Of a DNA stretch of 64,000 bases, positions 48,669 to 62,199 are shown one piece after another. Position numbers and translations under genes: made by a program. The notes below the pieces were generated by a model. The model did not search any database. It was not told where the DNA came from and saw only the letters and a list, made by a program, of their open reading frames with translations. This stretch comes from Octopus bimaculoides (Eukaryota), in assembly GCF_001194135.2 (NCBI RefSeq), contig NC_068996.1, positions 8,064,304 to 8,128,303 of the forward strand, written 5' to 3'. The number at the start of each line of letters is the position of its first letter. Positions within the stretch are counted from its first letter, which is position 1.

Positions 48669-49004
48669 GTATATATTATCTTAATAGCATGTTTTAATAG
48701 TATATGAAAGTGGATGTTTGCATATTCTAAGTTGTAGGCCATGGTGTTACACTGAGCTTTCTGAAATTTTACAGATCCATCCTGAGAGAAAGTTCTTTGA
48801 ATTGAACTTAAATATAAATGTGAAATTAATAATAATAAAAAAAGCCTCTTGACAATGATTCAGTTATTTGTTTCAGATTGTTGATTTTTAATATTTTATA
48901 TCTCTTTAGAATAAAGATAAAGATATAACACCATTATGACTGAACTGAAGCACATATCATTATCTCTTGTCATTCATTTTCATTTACCATCAGTAAATAC
49001 TTAT

Positions 49005-49205
49005 TCTACAAGAACTCCCATTAAGAGAGCTTCTACATAACCATTTAACCTGATAGAGATAGCAACCAAGCTTCCCTCAAGTCACACCCTATTGTCTTAA
49101 GAATACATTGGACAATGCAGTTACAAGAATATGTGATGGTCACAACTAGAACACCTTTGATCATATCTGCTTGATCAGGCCTGAGCTGGGGGCTACGCAA
49201 GAACA
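49005..49205 (-). repeat. Family F repeat
   Basis: ATAGCAACCAAG...CACACCCTATTGTCTTAAG...GGGGCTACGCAA. Confidence 0.6.
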
Positions 49206-49869
49206 ATTCTTATACAACAGCAGCCAACAAGAAAGCCTCTATGTAGCTAACAGTAGCAACTGAGCCACTCTCAAATTTCACCCTGCAGTTGTACAATGTA
49301 GTCTCTGGTATACAAAAGACAAGACAGTCTTCTTTTTTATGCTTTGCAAGGATGAAAGGGAAAGTGGATTTTAGGTAGAACATAACAGTTATATAACTAA
49401 ATACCATAATGTATTTTGTCTGCTAGTCTGCTGCTTTTCAAATATCCATCTATCCATGAATGAATGAATCAATCAATCAATCAGCATTATTATTTTATGA
49501 CTAGTTTTCCATGCTGGCAAGGATTGGATTTCCAGATTCTTAATTGGTGTTACTTCTCTTCTGGAGAGGATCAAGGGCCATGCCTCACTTGTATGTTTCA
49601 CTTTTGGCACAATTTCTGTTAGCACTTTCTATCACCAACCACTTCACTGTTTGTAGTGGATACATTTTATTATGGCACCAGCTCTTGGGAAGTCATATTT
49701 CCAGCAAGAATAAAGTCTTCTCTACTCTACATTTTCCCCATTAATTTACTTACCAGTACCAGAAAGCTGTCTCAAAGCAAATCGAGAAGAGAGTGATGTA
49801 GAGAGACTTAGTATGAACATAATGTTTGGTTGAAATTGCTACATTTTTAGATGTTAAACATGTTACTCA

Positions 49870-50445
49870 TCATCACTGCTGCCATCAACACTTTTATTGT
49901 CATTTTTCTCCATGCATTCATGGCTGGTCTTTCCAAGCATTTTGTCTCAAGTCATGATCCTTTGTCATTTCCCTCGCGAGGTTTAGCCAACTGATTTCAT
50001 GCTTCACCACTTTGTCTCTTTGGTCTCTTTCTTTCACAGATTCTGTCCACTCTGAATACTTCACACTTCTTTATACAACTGTGATATGCATCACGACTCT
50101 GTAGCAATATAATCTTTTCTCTTCCTCTTTTATTTAATTTGTTTTTCAGTCCAATTTCTGCTTTGTTGTTCATGCATGTTAACCTAACACATCCAGTGGA
50201 GCAGGCTCACTTTGTCATTTCTTTCCAGCATTTGCAAATCCTCTGCATTCTGGGTCTTCCATACAGGATCATTCTTTCTTTACAAGTACCATACAACGTA
50301 GCCTTTACTCTGGGAGAGAAACTTTTTGTTGCCAGCAGAGGTAATGATTATGGATTTTTTTCACCCCCCGCAACTCTTACTCTGGCTATTAAACTTTCAG
50401 ACTCCACCCCACCTCCACAACTAATTAGGTCACCAAAATAACAAA
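49870..50445 (-). mobile_element. RTE LINE 3' fragment (same family as 8700-10055)
   Basis: Minus strand FGDLISCGGGVESESLIARVRV...LPLLATKSFSPRVKATLYGTC. Confidence 0.75.
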
Positions 50446-50511
50446 AATTGTCAATTACTTTTAGGAAGCCTGCTGTGAATTTGAAAGAATTTACTGCAGC
50501 TCTTATCTATT

Positions 50512-50929
50512 CAGGAGTGGCTGTGTGGTAAGTAGCTTGCTTACCAGCCACATGGTCCCGGGTTCAGTCCCACTGTGTGACACCTTGGGCAAGTGTCTTC
50601 TACTATAGCCTCGGGCCGACCAAAGCCTTGTGAGTGGATTTGGTAGACGGAAACTGGAAGAAGCCCGTTGTATATGTATATATATATGTGTATATGTGTG
50701 TGTGTATATGTGTGTGTGTGTATGTTTGTATGTCTGTGTTTGTCCCCCCACCATCGCTTAACCACCGATACTGGTGTGTTTATGTCCCTGTAACTTAGCG
50801 GTTTGGCAAAAGAGGCTGGTAGAATAAGTACTGGGCTTACAAAGAATAAGCTCTGGGGTCGATTTGCTCGACTATAAAGGCGGTGCTCCAGCATGGTCAC
50901 AGTCAAATGACTGAAACAAGTAAAAGAGT
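50512..50929 (+). mobile_element. SINE family A, full length
   Basis: GGAGTGGCTGTGTGGTAAG head, GGTTCAGTCCC B box, internal (TA/TG)n, GTAAAAGAG tail. Confidence 0.9.
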
Positions 50930-51521
50930 ATTGAACTTTTCCTCTCAGCTTGCCTATGAAATAACTGCACTTCCTTTCATCCATAGTTTAGAATGGGTAC
51001 ACTGTATGGAATTTCTGTCCAGTCCCTTTCTGGATATTGAGCATGATCCCACTCCTTGATGGTAATAGGGTCCTGTCTTCTTTCCTACTAATTAAACTTT
51101 TGCCTGTCCTAGATTTACTGAGAGGCTTTTGGCTTCCATGTTTAGAATTTCTTTGAATCTTTAACCAATTTGATTATGAGCACTGCATCGTCACCATTCT
51201 TGTAGAGAGGTTCAAGGTAGTTTTGCTTAATCTCATGCTAATTAATTTTACTGTGCTGGACTTCTTGGCAAAGATTATGTGACTAAAGTTTGCTTTTGTC
51301 ATTGTATCATGACCATTAGTCAAAACACAAAATTTTACATACTGTTGTTTTCTTAGTTGGAAAATAGTTTGTAACTATTTCTCAGTCAGGAAACAGTGTG
51401 CATGTGGGCTGTAAAGTTTACTCCCAGAATTTACACAAATATTTCATATCTAATGTTTGTAAACTCATCCCAGCAGTGGAAAAAATGTAAAAATATACAT
51501 TTACCTTCATAATTATGTTTT

Positions 51522-51522
<1 letters not shown>

Positions 51523-51612
<90 letters not shown>
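51523..51612. repeat. (CA)n microsatellite
   Basis: Seen directly. Confidence 0.95.
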
Positions 51613-51614
<2 letters not shown>

Positions 51615-51801
51615 TAGATGCTTTCTAATGACTAATAACTTTTAAATAAAAATGGAATCTTCTTAAATTAAAACAAATTGATGTAATAAGAGATTAATGG
51701 AGATATTAAAACATATAAAAGATATCAGACAGCAAAAATATCAGAAAATATAAAAAAATAAAACTCATTGTGAAATAAAGTTGAGTGAGCATTTATTGAG
51801 A

Positions 51802-52130
51802 ATCATCATCGTCATCATCATTTAACGTCCACTTTCTATGCTAGCATGGGTTGGACGATTTGACTAAGGACTGGTGAAACCAGATGGCTACACCAGACTC
51901 CAATCTGATCTGGCAGAATGTTTTTATTTAAAAATTTGACCAGTTATTTGTAATCATCATTATACATCTGTTTTCCATGCTGGCATGGGTTGGACAACTT
52001 GACAGCTGGCAAAGCCAGGGGTCACACTGGGTTCCAATTGTCTGTTTTGACATGGTTCCTCTGGCTGGTTCCTAATGCCAACCACTTCATAGAGTTTTGG
52101 GTGCTTTTCATGTGGCACCATCACCAGTGT
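51802..52130 (-). mobile_element. Two RTE-type 3'-tail repeats (~51802-51920, ~51950-52130)
   Basis: (CAT)n...TTCTATGCTAGCATGGGTTGG and TTTTCCATGCTGGCATGGGTTGG. Confidence 0.7.
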
Positions 52131-52453
52131 TTCAAAAGAAATATTTTTTCTTAATTTGGATCATTACAACTATCATGTTGGTTGTAGAATTAAATTTTTT
52201 AATAGTTTTCTTTAAGACAATTGGGAATTTTTTTTGTAAGTTGATTTTGTTATAGCTAATTGTAGGTGAACCACAAAATAAGCAAACACATGACCAAAAG
52301 TATTGTCTTCTAGTGTATCTGGCTCTATATTATATAGTGAATTATTCCTTTTTTTGTTTTGTTTTGATCTTTTTGTTACCTTATTTCTGTCGAAATGTAC
52401 TGACATGTTTCAATTAATTTTGAAAATACCAAAGAACTTATTAAATTAATTTT

Positions 52454-52464
52454 CATCATCATCG

Positions 52465-52496
<32 letters not shown>

Positions 52497-52688
52497 GTTT
52501 AACGTCTGCTTTCCATGCTAGAATGGGTTGGACGATTTGACTGAGGACTGGTGGAGCCCGAAGGCTACACCAGGCTCCAATCTTATTTGGCAGAGTTTCT
52601 ACAGCTAGATGCCCTTCCTAACGCCAACCACTCCGAGAGTGTAGTGGGTGCTTTTACGTGCCACCGGCATGAGGGCCAGTCAGGCGGT
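52454..52688 (-). mobile_element. RTE-type 3'-tail repeat
   Basis: (CAT)n GTTTAACGTCTGC...GTGCCACCGGCATGAGGGCC. Confidence 0.85.
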
Positions 52689-52874
52689 GTCATTATTAAA
52701 TTGGTGTTTGGAACATAAATTAATTTTGATAGAAGGTTTCCATTTAGATCATTACAAAATGGGGAATTTGTATCGTAGAAATAGAGTTGGTTTCAAGTTG
52801 GTTATTATGAAAAACAGTAGTAATTTAAAGGAAATTTGGCTGCTCTGTTTAGCAACATAAATGACTACAGAGAT

Positions 52875-53050
52875 CAGTGTTTCTCAACCATTCTTCTACC
52901 TATGGACCCCCTTGATCCTTATTTTACTCTACCCCCTCCTCCAAGCCAGTCAATGTTTAAACAATCCTACTTTTTTCATAATTAAATATCTGCAGGAATT
53001 GTATAAAAAATTGTTAAGATATTTTGTGTATTGTAGAAGTATAAACTTTA
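52875..53050. mobile_element. hAT MITE fragment interrupted by SINE A
   Basis: CAGTGTTTCTCAACC end; body matches the reverse of 27100-27181. Confidence 0.6.
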
Positions 53051-53213
53051 GGCACAGGAGTGGCTGTGTGGTAAGTAGCTTGCTTACCAACCACATGGTT
53101 CCGGGTTCAGTCCCACTGCATGGCACCTTGGGCAAGTGTCTTCTACTGTAGCCTCGGGTTGATTAAAGCCTTGTGAGTGGATTTGGTAGACGGAAACTGA
53201 AAAGAAGCCCGTC

Positions 53214-53257
<44 letters not shown>

Positions 53258-53480
53258 GTGTGTGTATATGTTTGTGTGTCTGTGTTTGTCCCCCAAACAT
53301 CGCTTGACAACTGATGCTGGTGTGTTTACGTCCCCATAACTTAGCGGTTCGGCAAAAGAGACCAATAGAATAAGTACTAGGCTTACAAAGAATAAGTCCT
53401 GGAGTTGATTTGCTCGACTTAAGGCGGTGCTCCAGCATGGCCGCAGTCAAATGACTGAAACAAGTAAAAGAGTAAAAGAG
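53051..53480 (+). mobile_element. SINE family A, full length
   Basis: As 50512-50929, with a longer internal (TA)n. Confidence 0.9.
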
Positions 53481-53795
53481 ATATGGTTATATTTTTTGAT
53501 AACATAATAGGTTAAATAGGATGATGTCTATATTATAATAGCCAATAATATGTTGCCCATGTTTAGTAATATTACAATCATGAGATTAGCATTAGTGAAT
53601 CTCACTCTTTCTCATGGAACCTCTTGAAACCTCTTGCGACGTAAACATTTTGGCAAATTAAATTTAAATGTTGAAGTGAATCTAACGGTTTTTGCATGTT
53701 TTTAAATGACTTATAAACACCTTCCATGCTGCAATTGTTTTTGTTTCAGCACACTATCTCAGATCAGGTCACTTGTTATGGCAAGTACATCTCCG

Positions 53796-53848
<53 letters not shown>

Positions 53849-54030
53849 ACGTATGTATATAAATAAATAAATGTTTGTTTTTATGTTTAGTTATAATAAA
53901 AGTAATTTTGCATTAATATAAGGAGTTACTCTATTCTTTTGTAGAGTGCCAAATTAATTATTCTTAAACAAGAATATATTGTTGATAGTGACTATGAAGT
54001 TTCAGCCAGTTAAGCCATCACTGGACATGA

Positions 54031-54081
<51 letters not shown>

Positions 54082-54111
54082 TACATGCACATACACATGT
54101 GTGTGCATGCA

Positions 54112-54265
54112 CGATGGGCTTCTTTCAGTTTCCCTCTAACAAATCCACTCATAAGGCTTTGGTTGACCTATAATAAAAGATACTTGTCCAAAGTGCAATG
54201 CAGTGGGACTGAACTTGGTACCACGTGGTTGGGAAGCAAACTTCTTGCCACACAGCCACGCCTAT
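54112..54265 (-). mobile_element. SINE family A, 5' part
   Basis: ACGATGGGCTTCTTTCAG...GCCACACAGCCACGCC. Confidence 0.75.
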
Positions 54266-54775
54266 ACCAATAATGTGATCCTCAAATCGGGGCCAGCATG
54301 ACATTTATGAAGCACCATTATCTGTGGGTAGCACCAAATAGTTCCCACCACATTGAACTATCATGGTTATCTGTGGCTTTACGCTGACAGCAACTCCATT
54401 TGGTTATCTCAAAACCATTATTATAAAACAATCTAAACAGCACTGGAATTTCATTATTAGATTTTAAATGTAATATTTGCATTCTATAGAAATTATTTTC
54501 TTCCAATATTTTTTTTTATCATCATCTTTGAGATACTCAAAGTTTGAGTCACTAAAGAGCAGATATGATTCTAATGTATTTGATGAAATAGTTATATTTT
54601 AAAGAAATTTTCCTAATATTTCAGATATTTAGAATGTTCTTTTTTACTTCTGATTTTCCTGCTCTAAAATGTAATTATAAAGAAATTAAGATAACGACAT
54701 TCCATTTCAAAGCTCATATTCCATTTTCTGTCAAATACTTCAAAGCATTTTCTTGTTATAAGCCATTGCTTTTAA

Positions 54776-55052
54776 CCCTTTCGTAACCATATTTCACATG
54801 GAATACACTGCCTCTGTGATTCAATTAATGTTGAAAATGATCAAGAATATGGAGGGAGTTAGAAAGCTGATTAATTTTACCATTATTAGAAAGACTGTAA
54901 AACATAACAGAAGATGGATTTTGTATTTAAAAGAAATTTTTAGGTAAAATTTGGGTGGAAAATTCGAATTTATATATGAGTGCTTTAAAACAAGCAGTTT
55001 TCTGTCTTAGAACTGGAGGAATTGGTCTCAGGTGGAGCTGGTATCAGTAATG
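54776..55052. mobile_element. Second TTAA/CCC-ended (piggyBac-type) MITE, right end decayed
   Basis: TTAA|CCCTTTCGTAACC left end; only a degenerate right end. Confidence 0.4.
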
Positions 55053-55410
55053 CTAACATTGTTTGGAATTGTTACAATATTTTATTCTTTTGTTAAGAAA
55101 GCCAGTTTAATTCCCTAACATTCAATTAATGATTTTTAATTAGAGATTGTTTGAGAAGATGATTTCAAAGTGAATTGAAGCATTAATACTCTAAGACTGA
55201 TGGTTCCAAGTTTTGGTATGGCTTATTTGAGATTCCATCAGAAGATGATTTTAAATTAAGTAAACGTGTGTGTGCGTGTGCTATGGTGCCATTCTCAAGG
55301 CTCATTAGACACCAAAATGAAGATGTAGGCCAGTGAGGAAGCATGTACATGATCTCTCAACTTACAAGACAAAGAAAACAAACCTCTCTTATCATATTCT
55401 GTTGTTTTAA

Positions 55411-55628
55411 CCCTTCAGCATTCAAACCAGCCATATCAGGTTCACATATTCTTGTTTTATGTTCAAACTGGCAAGATCTGGTCTCTCATACCTACCTGAC
55501 AATGTCATTCTCAAAAGAAACAACCACATCTTTGAATTTTCAAAGCTATGAGATAATGGATGATTAATTCAAAACAAAAATAAATAAATAAACATTACAT
55601 TTGACAGAGTAATCTGAATGCTGAAGGG
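55411..55628. mobile_element. piggyBac-type MITE
   Basis: Perfect 14-bp TIR CCCTTCAGCATTCA; TTAA TSD at 55407-55410 and 55629-55632. Confidence 0.9.
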
Positions 55629-55928
55629 TTAAAAGAAAGACACTTTAGATAATGTAGTCCAATGTATGTTATACCCTGGATGTGGAAAGGCATGATGCTC
55701 ATAGCATTCCTTTTGATTATAGATCTGCTAGATCAAGGTTGAACAATGGCTAAACATGAACTGCTTCAGTGCTTTACTATTTCAGGACATGACCCTGTTA
55801 GAGAGTGTTGCAAATCATTGATTATTTTGAGTCTTAAAGATGACACATTTAAAATGTTGGCTGTTCTAAAATATTTTATATATTTTCCATAAAATAAAGA
55901 TAAAAAAAAGTTCAGGAGACATTAAGTG

Positions 55929-56089
55929 TAGGCGTAGCTGTGTAGTAAGAAGTTTGCTTTCCAACCGCATGATTCCAGGTTCGGTCCCACTGTGTAGCAC
56001 CTTGGGCAAATGTCTTCTACAATAGCCCTAGACCAAGTAGAGCCTTATGAGTGGACTTGGTCAATGAAGACCGAAAGAAACTCATTGTA
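55929..56089 (+). mobile_element. SINE family A, 5' part
   Basis: GGCGTAGCTGTGTAGTAAG...GGTTCGGTCCC. Confidence 0.75.
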
Positions 56090-56249
56090 TCATCATCATC
56101 ATCATCATCATCGTTTAACGTCTGCTTTCCATGCTAGCATGGGTTGGACGATTTGACTGAGGACTGGTGAAATCGGATGGCAACACCAGGCTCCAATCTA
56201 ATTTGGCAGAGTTTCTACAGCTGGATGCCCTTCCTAACGCCAACCACTC
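56090..56249 (-). mobile_element. RTE-type 3'-tail repeat ending in a fold-back
   Basis: (CAT)n GTTTAACGTCTGC..., followed by a 20-bp inverted copy. Confidence 0.8.
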
Positions 56250-56282
56250 AGGAAGGGCATCCAGCTGTATATATATATATAT

Positions 56283-56714
56283 NNNNNNNNNNNNNNNNNN
56301 NNNNNNNNNNNNNNNNNNNNNNNNNNNNNNNNNNNNNNNNNNNNNNNNNNNNNNNNNNNNNNNNNNNNNNNNNNNNNNNNNNNNNNNNNNNNNNNNNNNN
56401 NNNNNNNNNNNNNNNNNNNNNNNNNNNNNNNNNNNNNNNNNNNNNNNNNNNNNNNNNNNNNNNNNNNNNNNNNNNNNNNNNNNNNNNNNNNNNNNNNNNN
56501 NNNNNNNNNNNNNNNNNNNNNNNNNNNNNNNNNNNNNNNNNNNNNNNNNNNNNNNNNNNNNNNNNNNNNNNNNNNNNNNNNNNNNNNNNNNNNNNNNNNN
56601 NNNNNNNNNNNNNNNNNNNNNNNNNNNNNNNNNNNNNNNNNNNNNNNNNNNNNNNNNNNNNNNNNNNNNNNNNNNNNNNNNNNNNNNNNNNNNNNNNNNN
56701 NNNNNNNNNNNNNN
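56283..56714. other. Assembly gap (N)
   Basis: N run. Confidence 1.
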
Positions 56715-56945
56715 AAGCAATGTTGGGGGGACAAACACAGACACATAAACATATACACACATACATATATATACATATATACGACGGGCTTCTTTCAGTT
56801 TCCGTCTACCAAATCTACTCACAAGGCTTTGGTCAGCCCAAGGCTATAGTAGAAGACACTTACCCAAGGTGCCATGTAGTGGGATTGAACCCGGAACCAT
56901 GTGGTTGGTAAGCAAGCTACTCACCACACAGCCACTCCTATGCCT
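56715..56945 (-). mobile_element. SINE family A, 5' half
   Basis: ACGACGGGCTTCTTTCAG...CACACAGCCACTCC. Confidence 0.85.
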
Positions 56946-58599
56946 ATGGCTTGTTTATATTCCTGTAATTTAGCAGTTCAGCAAAAAGAGACTCTTCTGT
57001 TGATGTGTCAATGGCCTCTGCTCCCAAACTAGCTAGTGGAATTACCATCTTTACCTTAATTTCATCTGCTGTACCCCTCTTCCTCCTCATCTCTCATTCC
57101 CCTTATAACTCACTATACACACTTAGCCCAGTGACTTGCCTCACTGACAAATGCTTCATCAAACTGCCAAAATTGGCAGCTAAGTCTCTCTTGAAGCACA
57201 TTTACCATCTTAAAAAGGAAGGATACATTAGATAATGTAGTGCAAGATAGATACACTGTCTTACGAATGATATGGTGGGTCATAGCAAGAAAACCTTTGA
57301 AATTTCATACATAAGTACACATATGCATGTATGTGCCAAAGTAGACATACTGAGGAAGGCTTTATAACTCTCCTCATCTTGCATAAAACCACTCCTTGCA
57401 TAAAGAATAGAATCTATAGCAATGATATATTTTACTTCTTTCTATTATGGAACCTCTGTGATGGACTGGTATTCTGTTCATGGGGAATGACGTGATTTTG
57501 GTCACTTATATAGCGTGGAAATTAGATAACTGGCCTTATGACTCATAGAACTTGAGACAGTAAGGTCCAGCCATTGAGATGATGATGAACGACTATAAAA
57601 CCTGGTTTTGTAATTTAGTCAAGAAAATCAATATTTAAAAATGTCTAAATGTATGAGATTGAGTTGATGTTAATCAGATAATAATTTTTTTGACCATTAA
57701 TCTCATCTTTTGAAGAAAAAATGTTTCTAATATTTATGGATATACTATGTTTCTATTGGCTCAATCCAAAATTACCTTCAGGTGTCTTAAAGATTCAGTT
57801 AGTAGTTCCAATTCAGTCTGGTACTATCTACACATCTAAGAAAAGGAGATAGGTGATGAAAATCAGAGATAGAATTGAGAAATATTATGTTGATGTAAAT
57901 ATTAAAAGTATTTAAATCTCTATTGATTTGGTTAATAGTTTAAAACCATGAAAATCAATATTTTACTAATTGATAGGAAAGATTGCATAGAAATGTAGTT
58001 TTGAGGAATTAATAGATTTATATTAACATTGACAGAGTAGGTTTAACAGGACAATTACTAGTGTTTAAGTTCAAATGTTTTGGCTATGAATTTAATCTAG
58101 AATTGGTTCTTTCCTACTGTTAACTTGGAGTTAACTAATTGAACAGACCAGTAATCAAAAGTATTCCAGATGTTTTCATCCCACTTTTACCTTGGGATAT
58201 CTAGAAAATGAAGCAACCTTTTCTATTTTCAATATTCATGTGATTTGAGGGAGATTTGACTCCTATTTCCAGTAGTTTGAGTGACTATTAGAGGGCTTCC
58301 CTTGTAGCTTTTGTATAGTTACACAATATTCTTAAAATCTGTTGTATAAGCAAATGTTTGAAAACTTCTGGATTGCCAAAATTCACTGCTAACATCAAGT
58401 TAGAGTTTTGAAATCATACATTTAATTATTCTACAATTATAAAAAAATCTGTTTGTCTTTGAGAAGGAAATGAGTTGTTTGGTGGTTGATGCAACAGAGT
58501 ACCCAAAATGATACTAACAAGACGTCAGAGATTCATATCCTGTCTTCAGTGCTGTAAAATAACTATGTCTAAGTTCACCTTGCAGTTAGCTGTTGTTGC

Positions 58600-58790
58600 T
58601 TAATTTCAGATTAACCAGTTCTGATTGGGTTGGGATTTGATGAACATTCTTCTAGCTGTAAACACCATCCTGTCCTTTGTAATGTTTCAAAGACTACATT
58701 GAAGATGGCATTCTGTTATTTGAAAGAAATTTGGTTGCTGTTTCTGACAGGTTGAGCAACCACATAGAGGCTTTCCACTCAGTTTCTACA
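58600..58790 (+). repeat. Family F repeat
   Basis: TTTGGTTGCTGTTTCTGACAGGTTGAGCAACCACATAGAGGC. Confidence 0.55.
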
Positions 58791-60233
58791 TTGTTGCATT
58801 ACTTGTTACATATAGCAGCTAAATCTCCCTCAGGTCATAACCTATTGTCTTAAAAAGTTCACTCATGCCGCTTGTGTTTCTGGGACAGTCATGAGTACAG
58901 ATAAATTCTCTTCGCTCTTTCTTTACAATTTTGAGAATGTATCTTTATCATTTTACATTTGTTCTACCATGTGCCGACATGGGTTGGTTGGTTCTTATCT
59001 TACAATAAGAGCTGAGTGGATTCAATCATGTCACTGGCAACATCATGATGACAACATTATAGGCCCTCAGGCAAGCAAAATATTGGGGCCTCTCATCCAT
59101 GAATTAACATTAATTCCCTAGACCCATGAGGCCTTCTTGGCAATTACTAAGTGTTCCCACGTCTTAAGACAGCATTAGTTATCAAAAAGTTGTTCCATGC
59201 GGCTGGACTAAAAAAAAATCCCTTTTCCTTTATCAGTTCTTCTTTAATGTTACTGTCCTCTACAATATTTGCAAAGTCCATATCTTGTTTATACATTATA
59301 TTTCTTTTTTTGTTTTTCCATTGCATTGTTTCTAATGCTGACCACCCATCCTACCACAAACCACTTCGTAGTATATACTGGGTCTATATAGTTTAACTTA
59401 ATTAAATCTCAACTTGAACCACATTCCTGATAATAATATATGTTAATCCCCCCACAACAATGGACCTTCATTTAACTGTAGTTAGGTATAATATTGCTGG
59501 TAATACTGTCACATTCACTGGAAACTGTGTCTTTGAATTCATTTGTATTATGTTCCTCACAATAACATCTGTTAAATCCCACTTCAGTGCCTTCATTTAG
59601 CTGCAGGTAGAGATGACATTTTTGAGCAGGATTTTACTGGAACATATAACGAATAAGTCAAGATGACTATATGGAAGTTTCTTCCCTCATTGAAATGTCT
59701 CTCATTTTGAAACTTCCTTTTTTTTTCTGTGCAGATTTGATTACTTAATTGAGAAGATTTAGTGATTACATTAAAAGTCCCTAGCTGTCTTCTGCATAAT
59801 ATTCTCTAAGACACCTCATTATAAGAAAATAGCATGTATCTTAATACTGTTTCAATAATATTTGTGACAGGTATGATAAATTGCAGTATTACTGTTGACA
59901 AGTTTTTAATTCCCCTTATTGTATGTGTGTATGAAACACTTAATCAATAGACATTATTATTTTTCTCTTAATATTTCATATCTTGAAATCTCCTGTAGGA
60001 ATTCTTCAACTATTTCTGTATGCTGTTTGAAGATGTCACTTTGTTATATGCATGCTACTACTGCTGCATGCTTTTTGTAATGGAAGCCACTATATTTCTA
60101 ATGTTGCTTTATATTGTATCTTCACAGAATATTCTTAGAAATGAACTGGAATTACATACATTTAAAAAAACAAACTAATATACTCATCATCATAATCATA
60201 ATCATCATCATCATCATCATAACCATCATTTAA

Positions 60234-60453
60234 TCCTTTAGCATTTAATTCAGCTATATCCGGCCCAAATATTCTATTTGTTTTATGTTAAAACTGACCA
60301 GATCCAGCCTTTCACACCTACCCTATAATGTCATTGTAAAAGTATACAAACGCATCGAGATCTTGAAGCTACAAGATAATGCATGTTAAATTCAAAACAA
60401 CAATGTGAATAAATAAGTAATACATTTGACAAAGAAATCTTGATACTAAAGGG
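60234..60453. mobile_element. piggyBac-type MITE (family of 55411-55628) inserted at the TTAA of an RTE-tail repeat
   Basis: TTAA at 60230-60233 and 60454-60457; TCCTTTAGCAT...ATACTAAAGGG. The flanks rejoin as (CAT)n-TTAA-...ATGGGTTGGATGG. Confidence 0.75.
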
Positions 60454-60572
60454 TTAATGCCCATCATCTATGGGTTGGATGGCTTGACAGGGGCTGGCAA
60501 GCCAGATGACTGCATCAAACTCCATTGTCTGTTTTGGTATGGTTTTTACTCATGTTTCTATAAAACACACAT

Positions 60573-60582
60573 NNNNNNNNNN
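60573..60582. other. 10-N assembly gap
   Basis: N run between two copies of an identical 174-bp segment. Confidence 1.
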
Positions 60583-60904
60583 CACACACACACACACACA
60601 CACACTTTTAGCCTTAACCTGGCTAGATCTGGTCTCTCTCACTAACCCTACAATGTTATCCTAAAGACAAATAATCACATCATTGAAATCTCAAAGTTAT
60701 TTGAGATAATGTGTGATTAATTCAAAACAATGTGAATAAATAAGTAATACATTTGACAAAGAAATCTTGATACTAAAGGGTTAATGCCCATCATCTATGG
60801 GTTGGATGGCTTGACAGGGGCTGGCAAGCCAGATGACTGCATCAAACTCCATTGTCTGTTTTGGTATGGTTTTTACTCATGTTTCTATAAAACACACATA
60901 ACAG

Positions 60905-61135
60905 ACATTGCTGTGTGATTAAGAAGCTTGTTTTATCACCATATGGTTTCAGGTTCAGTTCCACTGTGCAGCACCTTGAGCAAGTGCCTTATATTATAGC
61001 TCTAGGCCAACCAGTAGTTTGTGAGTGAATTTGGTTGATGGAAACTGTGTGGAAACCTGTTATGTATTTATGTGTGTTTGTGTTTATTCCTGCCTCTGCA
61101 GCTTGACAACAGGCGTTGGTTTGTTTATGGTCCCT
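60905..61135 (+). mobile_element. SINE family A, diverged
   Basis: GCTGTGTGATTAAGAAGCTTG...GGTTCAGTTCC...CACCTTGAGCAAG. Confidence 0.7.
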
Positions 61136-62199
61136 AGAGCGAAGACACTACTCTTGAGTTTCTACATTTAAGAAAACTTCATCAGAGATCAGCTATGGCA
61201 AAGCTAAATAATAATAGAAATATTTGGAAGAATATGGAAGAACATGCTCCAACCATTGACCAGCAAGTCCTCATCATCAGGTATGAAATGATTCAGCAAA
61301 AAAAATTCTTTTAAGCAAGGCATTAAAGGGAAATAAATTCCAGGTTATTGTCAGCAGAAAACTAGAAATGACTAGCGAAAGAATTAAATTGGATTTGGAG
61401 TATAAATAAAATAAAATAACTAACAATGCATTAATTAAGGAGATGGTGTAATAATACAAATAATGCTAGTAGTGTACTAATTATCTCTGGGAATTGTCTG
61501 TGGGAGGATTACTTTGGATAGATGTATTCTTAAGGAATAAAAAAAAGAATGCACAGGAATTAAATATCTTGTTAAATAGTTGGTTCAATAAATAACTATT
61601 TATCTGTTTTGTTAAGTAAATAGGTTTGGTAGACAGAGATAATTAAGTGAATATTTAGTTTCACAATTAGATTCTTGGTTAATGGTACATAAGTAATTAT
61701 TAGTGATTAAAAATTGACAATTGATACGGGGTAAGATAGGGGTTTACATCAAGACAACATTCATAAGAATATATGATCGTGGATTTATAACTACCTGGGT
61801 ATACTATTATTATGAATAAGTATAGGGTGTTGCCTTGATATATCCCCTATCTCGTTTTGTATAAATTACTAATCTATTGTTACTTACTAGTCAAGTATTT
61901 AAATTTTAAGTTAACTATCTATTTAGACTATTTATAGAGTAAAAATGCTGATTAGCTGCATAGATTCCATTCCCTACACATGCAATCCAGATTCACTAAG
62001 CATCAAAGTACTGCAAGAACCTGGCTACAACCTGAACAACAACAAGATTCTGGGTGAAATCTTCAAGAACTGTTCCAATGAGATCAGTCATGTTTGAAAC
62101 TAGAAATCTCCTCTACAAGACTGCAATGATTCAGTTCTCTTCCTTTTTTTTTCAAGAAGTGTGATAGGCATTCTTACAGTAACTAATAGTTGGATAGAC

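Noticed and set aside
61138-61280. ~47-codon open frame ending at CATCAG|GTATGA as a downstream exon
   Set aside because: The acceptor would lie in SINE-derived sequence, it would start in phase 0 (exon 1 ends in phase 1), and it has no recognisable motif.
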